64,000 bases of DNA, taken from contig DATDGL010000059.1 of assembly GCA_036522115.1 (NCBI GenBank), forward strand, positions 7,896 through 71,895, written 5' to 3'. The stretch is from Candidatus Angelobacter sp. GTDB taxonomy: Bacteria; Acidobacteriota; Terriglobia; Terriglobales; Acidobacteriaceae. Below the pieces are notes generated by a model. It was not told where the DNA came from and made no database searches. It saw nothing but the letters and a program-made list of their open reading frames with translations. The stretch's first letter is position 1. Each line of letters starts with the position of its first letter. Both the position numbers and the translations under genes were made by a program. This document shows positions 26,671 to 36,071 of the stretch, piece by piece.

Positions 26671-26926
26671 AGCAAGAACGCTCGTTTGAAGATACTGTCA
26701 GGATACGCAGGAGCTCCCGACCGATGCTGGAAGCCGGATACCCGGGTGGGAGCAAAACCTTCAGCACTCTTGGATGTGCAACCAGGCCGATAGGTTTCAG
26801 AATTTGGTAAATGGGTAAGATCCTTCGGCTTGGCTCAGGATTTCGCCCTTTGGGCGCAGATGCCCGCAGACGGCTCAAGTGACAAAATGCTGTACCATAC
26901 TTCGGGAAAGAAAGCCGGGTCGCGGC

Positions 26927-27901
26927 ATGAAGGCAGTTTACATCCAGAAACATGGCGCCATCGATGATCTCAAGGTTAGCGAGACGCCGGCGCCATCGAT
27001 CAAACCCGGTGAAGTGCTGGTGAGAGTGGATGCAGCGGGCATTAACCCGAGCGATCTGGGAAGCGTGCAGGGACGCTTTCCGCACGCGGTACTTCCACGC
27101 ATCGTTGGCCGGGATTTTTCAGGCACGGTGGTTGACGGCCCGGCAGAACTCGTGGGAAACAACGTCTGGGGTACGGGCGGTGACCTGGGGATCACACGCG
27201 ACGGCACCCACGCGGAATACCTGGCTCTCCCAAAGCAAGCCGTGACCCGCCGACCGGGAAACCTCTCGACGGAGCAGGCCGCTACCGTCGGAGTTCCGTT
27301 CATCACAGCTTTTTCGGCGTTAGTGAGTCTTGGCCAGGTGAAAGAAGGAGAGTGGGTGATTATTTCCGGCGCAGCAGGAGCGGTAGGACAAGCGGCCATG
27401 CAGTTGGCGCACGCCCGGGGCGCACGCGTCATCGCCCTGATCAAGCAGGCCGGCGACAGCCGCATACTTGAATCGGAGGGCGCCAAGGCAATCGCCCAAT
27501 CGAACCAGGAAGACCTGGAGTCTGTAGTGCGAGAAGCCACCGCCGGCAGGGGAGCCAACCTGGCGTTGAATGGAGTGGGCAGCAGTATCTTTGGATCGCT
27601 CATGGCTTCGCTCGCCGTAGGAGGAAGACAGGTTGTCTATTCGGCGGTTGGAGGGCGAGAGTCCAATCTAGATATTTTCTCATTCTATCGAGGTGAGTTC
27701 GCGCTGTTTGGATTGGATACACAAAAGCTGGATGCCTCACAGTGCGCCACCATCCTGAATCAACTTGCGCCGCTGTTTGAGTCCGGCGCCGTCAAGCCGC
27801 CTGCCATTGGCGAGCGATACCCGCTGGCTGAGGCGGCACAGGCCTATGGCCGTGTAGCTGCAGGCGGGGCGGGCAAGGTTGTGCTGATTATGGGTTCCTG
27901 A
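26927..27901 (+). CDS. NADPH:quinone oxidoreductase / MDR-family zinc-binding dehydrogenase
   Basis: MKAVYIQKHG...VLVRVDAAGINPSD...ISGAAGAVGQAAMQLA. Confidence 0.85.
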   Translation: MKAVYIQKHGAIDDLKVSETPAPSIKPGEVLVRVDAAGINPSDLGSVQGRFPHAVLPRIVGRDFSGTVVDGPAELVGNNVWGTGGDLGITRDGTHAEYLALPKQAVTRRPGNLSTEQAATVGVPFITAFSALVSLGQVKEGEWVIISGAAGAVGQAAMQLAHARGARVIALIKQAGDSRILESEGAKAIAQSNQEDLESVVREATAGRGANLALNGVGSSIFGSLMASLAVGGRQVVYSAVGGRESNLDIFSFYRGEFALFGLDTQKLDASQCATILNQLAPLFESGAVKPPAIGERYPLAEAAQAYGRVAAGGAGKVVLIMGS

Positions 27902-27990
27902 AGAAGTAGCGAAGGTGTCGGAAAAGGCCTCAGCAAAATGAATCTCTGGCTGCATAAAAGCAATCTATGAGTTGAATAAGGAGACGTGCA

Positions 27991-28617
27991 ATGGCGAAAA
28001 AGCAAAATGATTCCCACACCACTGAGAAGATCAGCGCCCAGCCCCGCCTTCATCAACGTGCTGGTGAAATCCAGCGCTACGGAACTGTAAACCACCTGTT
28101 GCCTCTCGAACTCGAGGAGCCAGTACGACTGGAGATGACGGAGCAATTGAACCAGATGCTGGCCGATACCATGACGCTTCGTGACCTGTACAAGAAATCT
28201 CACTGGCAGGTTGCCGGGCCCACGTTCTACCAACTCCATCTGCTCTACGACAAGCACTTTGACGAACAGGTTGAGCTGGTGGATTCGATTGCCGAGCGGA
28301 TCCAACTGCTGGGCGGCGTCAGCATAGCGATGGCGGCGGATGTTGCCGAGACGACCCAGATCGAGCGCCCTCCTCGCGGCCGCGAAGAAGTTCCTGTTCA
28401 ATTGTCACGGTTGCTGGATGCTCATCAGGTCATTATCCGTCAAAGCCGCGTCCTGGCACGCCGCGCGTCCACACTTGGCGATGACGGCACCAACGATCTG
28501 GTAGTCAGCGAAGTGCTCCGCACAAATGAGCTTCAAGTCTGGTTTTTGAGTGAGCATCTGGTCAACGTACCGTTGGTCAAGGCGCAAGAGCCGTCACCTG
28601 CCGCGGGCGCAGCATAA
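27991..28617 (+). CDS. dps: Dps-family ferritin-like DNA-protection protein
   Basis: LNQMLADTMTLRDLYKKSHWQVAGPTFYQLHLLYDKHFDEQVELVDSIAERIQLLGG. Confidence 0.85.
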   Translation: MAKKQNDSHTTEKISAQPRLHQRAGEIQRYGTVNHLLPLELEEPVRLEMTEQLNQMLADTMTLRDLYKKSHWQVAGPTFYQLHLLYDKHFDEQVELVDSIAERIQLLGGVSIAMAADVAETTQIERPPRGREEVPVQLSRLLDAHQVIIRQSRVLARRASTLGDDGTNDLVVSEVLRTNELQVWFLSEHLVNVPLVKAQEPSPAAGAA

Positions 28618-28650
28618 GTCAGGCGGCGCCTTTAGTTCAGATCAGAACCA

Positions 28651-30342
28651 ATGGGGAAAACTATGTCTACCTACCCAATACCCAGCATGCTGGACGCGAA
28701 CACTCAGACTTTCCCGGTCTTAACCTCTGCACAGATCGAACGCGCCCGCCCTTATGGCCAGGTGCGCAAGGTCGAAGGCGGGGACATTTTGTTTAAGCCC
28801 GGCGACATGGCTGTGCCGTTCTTTGTCCTGCTCTCCGGCAGCATGGAGATCATACAACCGGCTCTTGCCGGTGAGCGGCTGATAACGACGCACGATCCCC
28901 GCTCCTTCACGGGCGAACTCAGCATGATTTCCGGGCAGCGATGTCTGGTGCTTGGGCGAGTAACGGAAGCGGGCGAGTTCCTTGAGATCAGCTCAGATGG
29001 CTTACGCTCCCTGATAGCGCGGGACGCTGACCTCAGCGAGATCATCATGCGGGCGTTCATCCTCCGGCGGCTGGCGCTCATCACCAACCACCTGGGCAAT
29101 ATGGTCCTGCTGGGCTCGCGCCATTCCGCCGCCACGCTGCACCTTCGTGAGTTCCTCGGCCGCAATGCGCATCCTTATATTTATGTGGATCTCGATGCGG
29201 ACAAGATGTCACAGGAACTTCTGGACCGTTTCAAGGTCAAACTGGACGAGATTCCAGTTGTGATCTGTGAAGAGCGCAACGTTCTGCGTAATCCCTCGAT
29301 TCAGAAACTCGCAGACTGCCTGGGACTGAACAGCAACATCGACAATGCTCAGGTGCGCGATTTGATCATCGTGGGGGCCGGACCTTCCGGACTGGCAGCG
29401 GCAGTATATGCTGCTTCAGAAGGACTGAATGCTCTGATGATCGAAACCGAGGCCCCTGGAGGTCAAGCAGGATCGAGTTCCAAGATCGAAAACTACCTGG
29501 GTTTTCCAACGGGAGTTTCCGGACAGGAGCTCGCATCCCGCGCGATCAGTCAAGCGCAGAAGTTTGGGGCGAAGATGATGGTGGCGCACAGCGTAGTAAA
29601 ACTGAACTGCGAGCGCCGTCCCTACCAAATTGTATTGGACGATGGCAATGTGCTCTCGACAAAAACCATCATCATTGCAACCGGGGCCCAGTACAACAAA
29701 CCGCCCATCGACAACCTCAAAAAATTTGAAGGCCAGGGCGTCTACTATGGCGCAACATACATTGAATCGCAATTTTGCAACAATGAAGACGTGATCGTCG
29801 TGGGCGGCGGGAATTCCGCCGGCCAGGCAGCGGTGTTCTTGTCGCAAACAGCGCGCAAGGTCCATATGCTGGTGCGTTCGGATGGACTGGCGGATACGAT
29901 GTCCCGTTATTTGATCCAGCGAATTTTGGAGAATCCGGCAATCGAACTGCACACCAACACTGAAATCGTGGGTCTTTGTGGTGAAGCGGAACTACAATCC
30001 GTCACCTGGAAGGACAAGGTTACCGGACAAAGCTCAGACCATGAGGTTCATCATGTTTTCATTATGGCTGGAGCATCACCTCGGACCGAGTGGCTGCACG
30101 GTTGCCTCGCGCTGGATGACAAAGGTTTCATCCTTACGGGACGCGACCTGGAACTTGCTGCGGTACCCCTCGCGTCTTCCAATTGGCCGCTTACCCGCGC
30201 TCCTCTGATGCTGGAGACCAGCCTGCCTGGCGTGTTTGCCGTGGGTGATGTTCGATCAGGGAATGTAAAGCGCGTTGCCTCGGCAGTGGGCGAAGGAGCA
30301 ATTTCGGTGCATCTTGTGCACCGCACCCTGGCGGAAGCGTGA
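28651..30342 (+). CDS. Cyclic-nucleotide-binding-domain protein fused to a thioredoxin-reductase-like flavoprotein
   Basis: N-terminal cNMP-binding-like barrel (GDILFKPGD...FTGELSMISG). The C-terminal TrxR fold has IIVGAGPSGLAAAVYA and VVGGGNSAGQAA. The position of the TrxB CxxC reads ATYIESQF. Confidence 0.8.
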   Translation: MGKTMSTYPIPSMLDANTQTFPVLTSAQIERARPYGQVRKVEGGDILFKPGDMAVPFFVLLSGSMEIIQPALAGERLITTHDPRSFTGELSMISGQRCLVLGRVTEAGEFLEISSDGLRSLIARDADLSEIIMRAFILRRLALITNHLGNMVLLGSRHSAATLHLREFLGRNAHPYIYVDLDADKMSQELLDRFKVKLDEIPVVICEERNVLRNPSIQKLADCLGLNSNIDNAQVRDLIIVGAGPSGLAAAVYAASEGLNALMIETEAPGGQAGSSSKIENYLGFPTGVSGQELASRAISQAQKFGAKMMVAHSVVKLNCERRPYQIVLDDGNVLSTKTIIIATGAQYNKPPIDNLKKFEGQGVYYGATYIESQFCNNEDVIVVGGGNSAGQAAVFLSQTARKVHMLVRSDGLADTMSRYLIQRILENPAIELHTNTEIVGLCGEAELQSVTWKDKVTGQSSDHEVHHVFIMAGASPRTEWLHGCLALDDKGFILTGRDLELAAVPLASSNWPLTRAPLMLETSLPGVFAVGDVRSGNVKRVASAVGEGAISVHLVHRTLAEA

Positions 30343-30355
30343 CAAGGACAGATCA

Positions 30356-32017
30356 ATGAAAATAGACCCTTTGGCGGGAACAGTTCCGGAGGCTTCCAGG
30401 CTGGTAGACATACCGAAGCTGCTGACCGCTTATTACGCGCAACACCCCGATCCTGCTGTTCCCCAGGAGCGCGTCCGCTTTGGTACGTCCGGTCACCGCG
30501 GGTCTGCTTTCCATAGGAGCTTCAATGAGGCGCACATTCTGGCAACCACTCAAGCCATTTGCGGCTATCGCAAGCAGGCAAAAATTCGCGGACCCCTATT
30601 TCTGGGAAAAGATACCCATGCACTCTCTGAGCCGGCTTATGCCAGCGCTCTGGAGGTCCTGGCAGCGAACAAAGTGGAGGTGATGATCGCCGACAACGAG
30701 GAGTACACCCCTACTCCCGCACTTTCACACGCCATCCTCACTTACAACCATGGCAAAAAATCAACGCTTGCCGACGGAATCGTGATTACGCCTTCCCACA
30801 ATCCTCCGGAGGATGGTGGATTCAAATACAATTCGTCGAATGGCGGGCCGGCAGACAAGGAAGCAACGAGTTGGATTGAGACAAAGGCAAATGAATATCT
30901 CGCAAATGGTCTGCGCCGGGTCAAACGCGTCTCAATCGAGCAAGCGTTGCGATCATCTACAACGCACAAACACGATTACGCCGGTGGGTACGTCAGCGAT
31001 CTGGAAAATGTTCTGGACATGGATGCGATCCGGGGCGCGGGCCTGAAACTGGGCGTCGATCCCATGGGCGGCGCTGGAGTTCACTACTGGCAGCGAATCG
31101 CTGAACACTACCGGCTCGACCTTACCGTGGTGAACGCCGGGGTGGATCCCGCATTTCGTTTCATGACGCTCGATTGGGACGGAAAAATCCGCATGGACCC
31201 CTCCTCTGCTTACGCCATGCGGGCGCTGGTTGGGCTCAAAGACAAATTTGATGTGGCATTCGCCTGCGATCCTGACCACGATCGCCACGGCATTGTGACC
31301 AAAAGCACCGGCCTTTTGCCGCCCAATCACTATCTTGCGGTTTGCGTTCACCACCTTTTTTCCAATCGAACGCAGTGGGCTCCTGGCACCGCAATTGGCA
31401 AGACGCTGGTCAGCAGCAGCATCATCGATCGCGTTGCGGCCAGGCTGGGCAAGAAGCTGCATGAAGTTCCCGTGGGCTTCAAATGGTTCGTCAAAGGCCT
31501 GCTGGAGGGATGGCTGGGTTTTTGCGGCGAAGAGAGCGCCGGAGCCACATTCTTGCGCAAGGACGGAACGGTTTGGACCACGGACAAAGATGGCATGATC
31601 GCCGCCTTGCTCTCGGCCGAAATCACCGCCCGGTCGCAACGCGATCCCGGTGAACTTTATCGGGAACTCACGCGCGAACTGGGCGACCCGGTTTATGAAC
31701 GGATTGACGCGCCTGTCAAATTGGAGGACAAGGCCGCTCTGGAAAAACTTTCGCCGGAACACCTGCAGATCTCCGAACTTGCCGGAGAACGAATTGAGCA
31801 AATCCTCACCACAGCGCCGGGAGATGGGGCGCCCATTGGAGGGGTCAAGGTAATTGCGGAAGGCGGATGGTTCGCCGCCCGGCCATCAGGCACGGAGGAG
31901 ATTTATAAAATCTACGCCGAAAGTTTTCGCGGGAATGACCATCTCCACCGGATTCAGAAGGAGGCGCAGGAGATCGTCCGCAGCGCCATCGCCGCAGCCC
32001 GCCGGACCGCGGCTTAA
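30356..32017 (+). CDS. pgm: Phosphoglucomutase, alpha-D-glucose phosphate-specific
   Basis: FGTSGHRG, the active-site loop TPSHNPPEDGGFKYN, GVDPMGGAG, CDPDHDRHG. ATG at 30356 (MKIDPLAG). Confidence 0.92.
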   Translation: MKIDPLAGTVPEASRLVDIPKLLTAYYAQHPDPAVPQERVRFGTSGHRGSAFHRSFNEAHILATTQAICGYRKQAKIRGPLFLGKDTHALSEPAYASALEVLAANKVEVMIADNEEYTPTPALSHAILTYNHGKKSTLADGIVITPSHNPPEDGGFKYNSSNGGPADKEATSWIETKANEYLANGLRRVKRVSIEQALRSSTTHKHDYAGGYVSDLENVLDMDAIRGAGLKLGVDPMGGAGVHYWQRIAEHYRLDLTVVNAGVDPAFRFMTLDWDGKIRMDPSSAYAMRALVGLKDKFDVAFACDPDHDRHGIVTKSTGLLPPNHYLAVCVHHLFSNRTQWAPGTAIGKTLVSSSIIDRVAARLGKKLHEVPVGFKWFVKGLLEGWLGFCGEESAGATFLRKDGTVWTTDKDGMIAALLSAEITARSQRDPGELYRELTRELGDPVYERIDAPVKLEDKAALEKLSPEHLQISELAGERIEQILTTAPGDGAPIGGVKVIAEGGWFAARPSGTEEIYKIYAESFRGNDHLHRIQKEAQEIVRSAIAAARRTAA

Positions 32018-32020
32018 GAT

Positions 32021-32506
32021 TTAGCTGTCCTTGTCCAGATATTCTCCAGGAATATCGTCCTCAGAAACCTCATGCGTTCGAACTGGTTGCTCATCCGCGT
32101 TGTCCGCAGCTTCCACACCGCTCACGGCGTCGGCCTCAAATGAGTTTCCTTCCTCCAGCAATTCTTCAACACTCTCTGAATCCGGGCCTCTGCGCCGGGA
32201 CAATCCCTGAAGGTCTCCTGATTGTCCGCCGACATCTGATCCGAGCCCTCGGCGTGATGACGGTCTGCCTACGGGAAAGCTTTTTTCGCGAACCTGTCTG
32301 GTCGGCGCGGTTGCAGTCCTGTTTATAGCTGTTTTCCCGCTGGCCATGGTCTTCTTTTTGGCTGTTACCTTCTTCGGGGCCGGTTTCTTTTTCGACGACT
32401 GTTTTTGCGCAGCCGCCTTTTTCAAAGCCGGTTTCTTCCTGGCTGTACTCTTTCGGGGAGTGGTCTTCGACGGTTTCTTCCTGGTGATTTTCTTCTTAGC
32501 AGGCAT
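32021..32506 (-). CDS. Lys/Ala/Pro-rich histone-H1-like basic protein with an acidic C-terminal tail
   Basis: The N-terminal ~55 aa are KKKITRKKPSKTTPRKSTARKKPALKKAAAQKQSSKKKPAPKKVTAKKK. The C-terminus is rich in E/D. Low-complexity, so coding status is less certain. Confidence 0.5.
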   Translation of the reverse strand: MPAKKKITRKKPSKTTPRKSTARKKPALKKAAAQKQSSKKKPAPKKVTAKKKTMASGKTAINRTATAPTRQVREKSFPVGRPSSRRGLGSDVGGQSGDLQGLSRRRGPDSESVEELLEEGNSFEADAVSGVEAADNADEQPVRTHEVSEDDIPGEYLDKDS

Positions 32507-32633
32507 ACCGGAAGTCTACCACCGGTATACGTGTTTCAGTAAAGCGGCTGGACCCTTACCAAAAAACGCGAAAATGGCCACTCTTTCCCGCGGGTGCGGT
32601 CTGAGTGGCCGTCGGCAATTTACAGGGAATTGG

Positions 32634-32822
32634 CTACCCGATGCAGTTGACCTCGGGAGGCTTGCACGGAAAAGGGCCGTCCAACTGGCAGGTTAATGGA
32701 TTGAAACTGCACACCGGGAGATTGCTGCGTTGGAACGAGCCGCTCACGCATTCCAGTTCCTGCGGACTCAACTCCCGCGCGCCCTTGCGGCTCAGCACTC
32801 TGTCGTCGTTTGGGTTCGACAT
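32634..32822 (-). CDS. 62-aa peptide with a double-glycine-type leader-like N-terminus and a 4-Cys C-terminal region
   Basis: AAGGAGG lies 4 nt before the ATG. The leader is MSNPNDDRVLSRKGARELSPQELECVSG, followed by SFQRSNLPVCSFNPLTCQLDGPFPCKPPEVNCIG. Confidence 0.5.
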   Translation of the reverse strand: MSNPNDDRVLSRKGARELSPQELECVSGSFQRSNLPVCSFNPLTCQLDGPFPCKPPEVNCIG

Positions 32823-32959
32823 GGTCCCTCCTTGACTCGAAGAAATGGTCTACGCCGATCTGTTTCTGATGTCGACGCGGAGGCAGTATAACACGGTGCC
32901 GCCGACATTCCGGTACGACTCAAAACCACACTGATCCGGACAACCCATAATTTAGCTGG

Positions 32960-33511
32960 CTACTTAGAGTTTCCAACCACCTGAAGGTCATTGGTCACGG
33001 AGAAAACACCCGGAACTCCATTAGCCGCGATATTGGCCGTGTTCTTGTCCGTCGGGTTATCGACCACACCCTTCAGAGTGACTCTTCCGCTATCAACAAT
33101 GATGTGAATAGGAGGCACCGCTGACCAGGAGTATTTGGACAAACCATCAACACCAAAGATTGCGCGGGCTTCACGCCGCCGGATTTGATCGTCCATGGAA
33201 GATGGTGGCAGTACCTTGATTTGGTTGATGACTTTGTCCACGCCTTCAATCTTTTTCACCACGGCTTCAGCATCCGACTTCGTGCCTGGGGTTACCACCG
33301 CTCCCACCAACGTGACTGTGTCTCCGTCCACCTTGTATTCCAAGTCGTCGAACAGGGAGTAGTAAGGCAACATGAGCAATTCGTGCCGCACTTCCCTGGC
33401 GATCCGCTGCTCGGTTACGTTTGCATCTGCCGGCCGCGTGGCCATTTGAGGTTTTGACGTCTGGGCCCATGCCAAAGTTCCTATTACGAATAGAGCTGCC
33501 AGGGTTTTCAT
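32960..33511 (-). CDS. Secreted BON-domain protein (two BON domains)
   Basis: Signal peptide MKTLAALFVIGTLAWAQ (ATG at 33511, AGGA 9 nt upstream). BON blocks: VTLVGAVVTPGTKSDAEAVVKKIEGV and VTLKGVVDNPTDKNTANIAANGVPGV. Confidence 0.8.
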   Translation of the reverse strand: MKTLAALFVIGTLAWAQTSKPQMATRPADANVTEQRIAREVRHELLMLPYYSLFDDLEYKVDGDTVTLVGAVVTPGTKSDAEAVVKKIEGVDKVINQIKVLPPSSMDDQIRRREARAIFGVDGLSKYSWSAVPPIHIIVDSGRVTLKGVVDNPTDKNTANIAANGVPGVFSVTNDLQVVGNSK

Positions 33512-33686
33512 TTTGTGCATTCCTTTTTTTAATTGCGGCGGCAGGACTAATTGGAGTTGATGCAAGCTCCAAGTGTGAAGTTGCCGAGATACACCCTAAC
33601 CCTTTTCAAAAACGCGGGCCAATGCGACTGACGAGGTTAGCAGGGACCTGCCGCTTCGCTCCAGAGGCAAACTAAGAAGGCATGGC

Positions 33687-35948
33687 TCACTCCCAGTGGA
33701 GCTTCACGCCGGCACGAGCGAAGATCGGCGGTCCCACGTTCAAGGTGGGAGTCTTAGCAACCTGGATCCGCGAATCGAACAGGTTCTCGACCGCCGCAAA
33801 TACGTCTATTCCGGAGCGCAGCCGCTTGGAGACGTATGCGTCGAGTTGGAAAAACGAATCAAGTGAAAATTGATTCAGATCGTCATCAAACTGATGGCTC
33901 GAAGCCCTGGCTTGCGTCGCAAACGTCCAGTCGCCGGAAATGCTGTAGCGGGTCTGGAGCGTGAATTGATGAGGCGCCACCTGCGGTACTTCCAGGCCCA
34001 CGAGCACCGGATTGGCAGAGAAGCTGGTCACCGCAGCATCCACAAACTGATATCCGGCGATTACGTCCAGCCGGTGAAAGCGCCAGCTCACGTCTGCCTC
34101 GACGCCCCGCGAACGCGTTTGACCCAGGTTTTCCCGCTCACGCGTGATGAGGGCCGGTGTGGTAGTCAGCGTCACATTCGCAACCGGGTCAGAGACCTGC
34201 ATCCAGAAGAACGCAGTATGAACACGTGTGCCACCCAGAAAAAAGTTCGCCCCTGCTTCCGCTCCTGTCAGGTGTTCCGCCTGGAGTTGGGCATTAGCCA
34301 GAGTGAGAACGTTCCCCAGACGGAACGAGCGATAGAGTTCATTGAGCGTAGGCGCACGGAAGGAACGGTAGGCAGAAGCAGTGAGGGTAATGCGATTGCC
34401 GGCGCGGAACAACAGGGCAGCCCGGGGACTAAAAACGTGGTCGCTCTGATCAGGGAACGCAGTGAAGCTGCGCTTAACTGAAGCTACCAGAGGCGTGGTG
34501 CTGGTATGCGCCTGATAGTTGTCCCAATTGTCGTAGCGCCCGCCAAGCGTGAACAGCAAACGAGGATGGAGGCGGAGGGAATCCTGGAGAAAAGCCCCAA
34601 AACGCTGCTGACGGCCTCCCGAATCCACCAGGGACGTGGCCAGCGACGCAGAGAAAGCCGTCTCGTTGCTGAAACCTCGCACGAAGCGGTCATCCAGGCC
34701 ACCAACCAGGAGATTACGGGGCCCTGCCTGCCGGGAAAAAGTCATGCTGCCGCCGACCTGTTGTGCAGGAACGTGCTGGCCACGGGTCAAGGCTTCACTA
34801 TTGCGATCAAGGGCAACCGAGGAAAACGTCTGGTTGTAACTCTGTCCGGAGCCATAACCCCGCAGCTCAATGCTGGCCAGAGGAGTCAACAGGTTCAGGC
34901 CTCCACTCAGTTGCGCAATCTGGGTGTCATTGGTGGTGAGTGGAGTTCCATTGTTGCGGGCTTCATCGTAGAAATCACCGCTCAGGAAAAAATCTCCCAC
35001 ATTCAATTTGCGTCTCACGGTCAAAAACCCGGTGCCGTGATAAGAGTTGGCTGGCGTGTCCACAGCCCCACGCTGGTCCGATGGGACCAAAATATATCCC
35101 TGGGTACGAAAGAACTCGCCCGAAGTTGCCAGCGTCCACGACTTGAATAACCAGGAAGTGGCCACAGACGCATCAGACGTGGACTCCGATCCCGCTGAGA
35201 GTTCGGCAGAGATCAGGTTGCCGGGAGTTCTTTGCGGCGTCACGTTCAACACGCCGCTCAAGGCATCACTGCCGTACAAACTGGAACCGCCACCGCGCAA
35301 CACTTCTATGGAGCTCACGTCTTCACGCGGGATCCTTCCCCAATACACCCAGCCGCCGAATGGATCATTGAGAGGAATGTCATCGAAGAGAACTACTGCC
35401 CTGCTCGCGCCGTTGCCGCCAATGCCGCGCAAGGATGCACCCTGGGAGGTGGGGTTCGCAGTACGGCTGTCCGAGCGCCGGAACAAAGTAAAACCTGGCG
35501 CCTGCCGCAGCACCTGGTCGACGGCTTCGGTTGCGGCGCTCTGCATCTCCTGACGCGATAGCACTTCCACACTTTCCGCCGTCTCATCCAGAGGCGTATT
35601 CACACGGTTGGCAGTGACATTGATCTCCTGGGAAATTGATGCCGGCCGCAGCAGAACGTCGACTCGGTCACTATCAGCAGCCAGAGACGCAGTGAAATAA
35701 GAGAATCCCGGCGCATCCACAAACAGGATTAGTCGTGCGCGAGGAACTCCTTCGATCTGGAACACGCCATCTGAGCCGCTGGTGGTTGCATGCTCATACC
35801 CGGCCCCGTGCAACGTGATGTGGGCGCCGGTCACCCCATATCCTTGCGGATCGTGGACTGTGCCTTGTATCGTACGGCCACCTTGAGGCCATGCCAGCGC
35901 AGCGCAAAGCAGCAAAATAGCCAAAAAAACAATTTTAGGACGAATCAT
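33687..35948 (-). CDS. TonB-dependent receptor with N-terminal carboxypeptidase-regulatory-like domain
   Basis: Signal MIRPKIVFLAILLLCAALAWPQG, CarboxypepD_reg-like GTVHDPQGYGVTGAHITL...SDGVFQIEGVP, a plug region, and a long beta-barrel. Confidence 0.85.
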   Translation of the reverse strand: MIRPKIVFLAILLLCAALAWPQGGRTIQGTVHDPQGYGVTGAHITLHGAGYEHATTSGSDGVFQIEGVPRARLILFVDAPGFSYFTASLAADSDRVDVLLRPASISQEINVTANRVNTPLDETAESVEVLSRQEMQSAATEAVDQVLRQAPGFTLFRRSDSRTANPTSQGASLRGIGGNGASRAVVLFDDIPLNDPFGGWVYWGRIPREDVSSIEVLRGGGSSLYGSDALSGVLNVTPQRTPGNLISAELSAGSESTSDASVATSWLFKSWTLATSGEFFRTQGYILVPSDQRGAVDTPANSYHGTGFLTVRRKLNVGDFFLSGDFYDEARNNGTPLTTNDTQIAQLSGGLNLLTPLASIELRGYGSGQSYNQTFSSVALDRNSEALTRGQHVPAQQVGGSMTFSRQAGPRNLLVGGLDDRFVRGFSNETAFSASLATSLVDSGGRQQRFGAFLQDSLRLHPRLLFTLGGRYDNWDNYQAHTSTTPLVASVKRSFTAFPDQSDHVFSPRAALLFRAGNRITLTASAYRSFRAPTLNELYRSFRLGNVLTLANAQLQAEHLTGAEAGANFFLGGTRVHTAFFWMQVSDPVANVTLTTTPALITRERENLGQTRSRGVEADVSWRFHRLDVIAGYQFVDAAVTSFSANPVLVGLEVPQVAPHQFTLQTRYSISGDWTFATQARASSHQFDDDLNQFSLDSFFQLDAYVSKRLRSGIDVFAAVENLFDSRIQVAKTPTLNVGPPIFARAGVKLHWE

Positions 35949-36071
35949 TTTTACTTCCCCGGACGCCCGTCCGGCCCAGCTACGAGTATGATCTGTGCCA
36001 CTCTGCATGTCTTGGTTGCATTCGCCTTCTGGATGGTTGTGAGTTCCCGGATTGATAGCATAGCGCCTGCG

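Noticed and set aside
31383-31398. A sigma-54-like string TGGCACCGCAATTGGC.
   Set aside because: It lies inside the pgm coding sequence, the -12 element is TTGG rather than TTGC, and there is no downstream gene start.
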